Shown: positions 62,132-64,000 of the stretch, in pieces | Position numbering within the stretch: position 1 is the first letter of the stretch | Layout of the letters: the number at the start of each line of letters is the position of its first letter | From: Klebsiella phage ZCKP1 | Reading direction: 5' to 3' (one strand) | Sequence record: MH252123.1 | Length of the DNA stretch: 64,000 nt | Notes under the pieces: model-generated | What the model was told of the DNA's origin: nothing | The model's database searches: none | What the model saw: only the letters and a program-made list of their open reading frames with translations | Program-made: the position numbers and the translations under genes

Positions 62132-62470
62132 ATGTATTACACTGAAGACTACATATTGTATAACTTTTTTAAAGGTTGGTTGAAATGGGCGGAACAAGCT
62201 CCTGTCGGAGATTGTGTTTTTCCTTGGGATTCTCGTCAAGGCTTGTGTCGTTGTTTGGAAGATTGGCTTATAACCACAAACTACAATTCAGAAACTAAGA
62301 AATCTACATCAAACAGATTAAAAATATTGTTTGAAGAAGAGGGTTTAGATCCAATTTATCCTTTCGGTGAGGAAAGTTTCCACAATGGTCTTTTCCTTGG
62401 CACTCAACATTATGATAAAGATCGTGTAGATTGGGTAAAAGAAAAGGTAGCACAGTATGAATGGGGCTAA
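62132..62470 (+). CDS. family-A paralog 6, 112 aa
   Basis: start refined to the ATG after AGGAGGCGCTA; NFFKGWLKW...GLCRCLEDW...DKDRVDWVKEKV. Confidence 0.55.
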   Translation: MYYTEDYILYNFFKGWLKWAEQAPVGDCVFPWDSRQGLCRCLEDWLITTNYNSETKKSTSNRLKILFEEEGLDPIYPFGEESFHNGLFLGTQHYDKDRVDWVKEKVAQYEWG

Positions 62471-62660
62471 GACTTATCATCGTTGGTTAGAAAGTTATAT
62501 TAAGAAATGTGAACTTGGTGTTCCAGGTTATACTTACGACACGGACGAGATTCTTGATGAAATGGAAGTTTGGTTTAAAGAGCCTCGTGAACTATTGGAA
62601 AACATTCTAATGGCTTGGGATGGTACGGCACAAAGCATTGAAGGAGGTAGAAATGAGTAA
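62457..62660 (+). CDS. hypothetical protein, 67 aa
   Basis: ORF track. Confidence 0.45.
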   Translation: MNGAKTYHRWLESYIKKCELGVPGYTYDTDEILDEMEVWFKEPRELLENILMAWDGTAQSIEGGRNE

Positions 62661-62787
62661 GAAATTGTTTAATATTCGTGAGAATCGTGATGGATCGTTC
62701 TCTGTAGTCAATGAGTTTAATGTTTCTGTTGGAACTTTTATTACTAAACGTCAAGCAGAACAAGTAAGAGATACTTTAAACAAGTAA
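62653..62787 (+). CDS. unlisted small ORF, 44 aa (MSKKLFNIRENRDGSFSVV...)
   Basis: RBS AAGGAGGTAGAA. Confidence 0.35.
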   Translation: MSKKLFNIRENRDGSFSVVNEFNVSVGTFITKRQAEQVRDTLNK

Positions 62788-62804
62788 GTTTTTAAGGGGG
62801 ACTT

Positions 62805-63224
62805 ATGTTAGGTAAGATCAAAGCTTTTTTCAAACGTATTATTGAAGGAAGTCCAACAGAAGGTGCATTAGGAAGATCTCTAACAGGAGAACCACTTTCC
62901 ATAATTTCTATCAATCGGTATGGTGGATATTCAATTCGACAAACACCTTTAGGTATAGAAGGTAGTATGCTTTCTTGGACAATATCTCAAGTTGGTGATA
63001 ACAGACTTGCAGCTATAGCGTTACTTCGTGGGGAGTATGACCACTGTTTATCAGCATCTTGTAAGAAGCACCTCATAGAGCACATTAGAGACAGAGTAGA
63101 AAGAGAAGGCGGATACTTCTTCGAAACTAAGAGAAACGAACAAGGAACTCTTGACTTCACTAAGGTTTACTGGGACAATCATACTCGTCAAACTGTTGAA
63201 CAACTTTTGGAGGAAAGATGTTAA
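62805..63224 (+). CDS. hypothetical protein, 139 aa
   Basis: RBS AAGGGGGACTT. Confidence 0.5.
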   Translation: MLGKIKAFFKRIIEGSPTEGALGRSLTGEPLSIISINRYGGYSIRQTPLGIEGSMLSWTISQVGDNRLAAIALLRGEYDHCLSASCKKHLIEHIRDRVEREGGYFFETKRNEQGTLDFTKVYWDNHTRQTVEQLLEERC

Positions 63225-63427
63225 AAGCTTTTGCTGTATACTCTACTGTAGGATTCTTTTATTGGATTATAGTTATTGTCGGATGTTGGTTAGGTTCTTG
63301 TGTTGTGATGGGAGAATGGTTAACATACAACGTATTCGAATGGGATGTAGTTTGTAGATCATTACTTGTTATATGGACTGCTATTGTTTGTTGGATAACT
63401 GTTAGTCTAACATTAGATCTATATTGA
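63218..63427 (+). CDS. small membrane protein, 69 aa
   Basis: RBS GGAGGAAAG; two TM helices. Confidence 0.5.
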   Translation: MLKAFAVYSTVGFFYWIIVIVGCWLGSCVVMGEWLTYNVFEWDVVCRSLLVIWTAIVCWITVSLTLDLY

Positions 63428-63527
63428 TTAATAGATGGTAGATAGATGATCATAGTTTATCTACCTTCACTTACGTTTCATACCTCACTATCGTGAGTAA
63501 CATGAAACATTATTATATAGAAATCTA

Positions 63528-63586
63528 CTACTCGCTATCGCTCGTAAACATATGTTTAGGGTACCATACTTTTTTGAAAAAGTCAA
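63528..63586. repeat. conserved ~60-bp element copy 2
   Basis: shares ACTCGCTATCGCTCG and TTTAGGGTA(g/c)CATA(t/c)TTTTTTGAAAAAGTCAA with copy 1; the central hairpin differs (AAACATATGTTT versus ACCCttcgGGGT). Confidence 0.5.
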
Positions 63587-63787
63587 TGGTGACTCACCTA
63601 TCAATTATCTGTTTAAGATAAGTCTTACCTATCAATCTAACTCTTAACTAGTATTGCACCTATAGTAAGACTATTCCTATAGTTATTAACCCTCTTCTTC
63701 TGTAGAATGTAATTAGATCCTTGACAAACTCACAAAACTTGTGTTACATTGTGTCTCACAGGTGAATAATACCGAACAGGAGGAAGA

Positions 63788-64000
63788 ATGAGTTCCAATT
63801 TTCTATACAAAGCAAAAGATTCACGAGATGGAGAGAACCATTGGTGGTTGATCACAGAAGATGGTGTTATCATCCTACCGTGGGACGGAGAGACGAAAGT
63901 TCAAATATTAGAGAAAGTAAAAGGTGTTAGTTTTAATGTTAGTCATGACATAACAACTTTCAAAGCTTTTGCTATGAATCCTAGGCTTGTTGCTGAATGG
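63788..64000 (+). CDS. hypothetical protein, 5' part only (runs off the window end)
   Basis: ATG after CAGGAGGAAGA; a sigma70-like promoter TTGACA-N17-TTACAT lies at ~63723. Confidence 0.45.
   Translation, partial: MSSNFLYKAKDSRDGENHWWLITEDGVIILPWDGETKVQILEKVKGVSFNVSHDITTFKAFAMNPRLVAEW

Noticed and set aside
63259-63453. 64-aa minus-strand ORF downstream of copy 2 of the 60-bp element
   Set aside because: It lies antisense to two well-supported plus-strand genes with strong RBSs, and its translation is T/Q/N-rich and low-complexity. Treated as spurious.

Overview
This window reads as 64 kb of a lytic dsDNA phage. Host-type sigma70 promoters (TTGACA-N16/17-TAnnnT) suggest an enterobacteria-like Gram-negative host. 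No structural genes are present.

Left arm (1-30.95 kb), all on the minus strand, is a replication, nucleotide-metabolism and auxiliary module. It contains the N-terminus of a T7 gp5-like family A DNA polymerase (running off the window start), an N6-adenine methyltransferase, a T7 gp4-like primase-helicase and four putative glycosyltransferases. It also contains an exported SleB-like cell-wall hydrolase. A Ter-like stress cluster follows: a TerD-domain protein, a vWA TerY-like protein, a TelA-like protein and TerC, together with macro-domain, PRTase and HAD genes. Anaerobic RNR NrdD and NrdG, a UvrD-like helicase and many small ORFs complete the arm.

Right arm (31.07-64 kb) is on the plus strand and early-like. 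It includes an AAA ATPase, a zinc-ribbon repeat protein, a NADAR protein, a serine recombinase and several multi-copy paralog families. It also holds a ~10 kb array (38.47-48.36 kb) of ~32 small ORFs, 31-188 aa. Nearly every array ORF has its own near-consensus sigma70 promoter followed at the transcript 5' end by one of a family of conserved GC-rich hairpins (the commonest, AGGGCGGCAATGGTGCCGCT, occurs in at least 7 exact copies).

The array is flanked on both sides by AT-rich repeat regions carrying a shared Fur-box-like operator motif. On its 3' side it abuts a 1.4 kb ORF-free, A/C-rich, palindrome- and iteron-containing tract, a candidate genome terminus, origin or regulatory hub.

All calls are from reading the sequence by eye and from motif knowledge; no searches were run.
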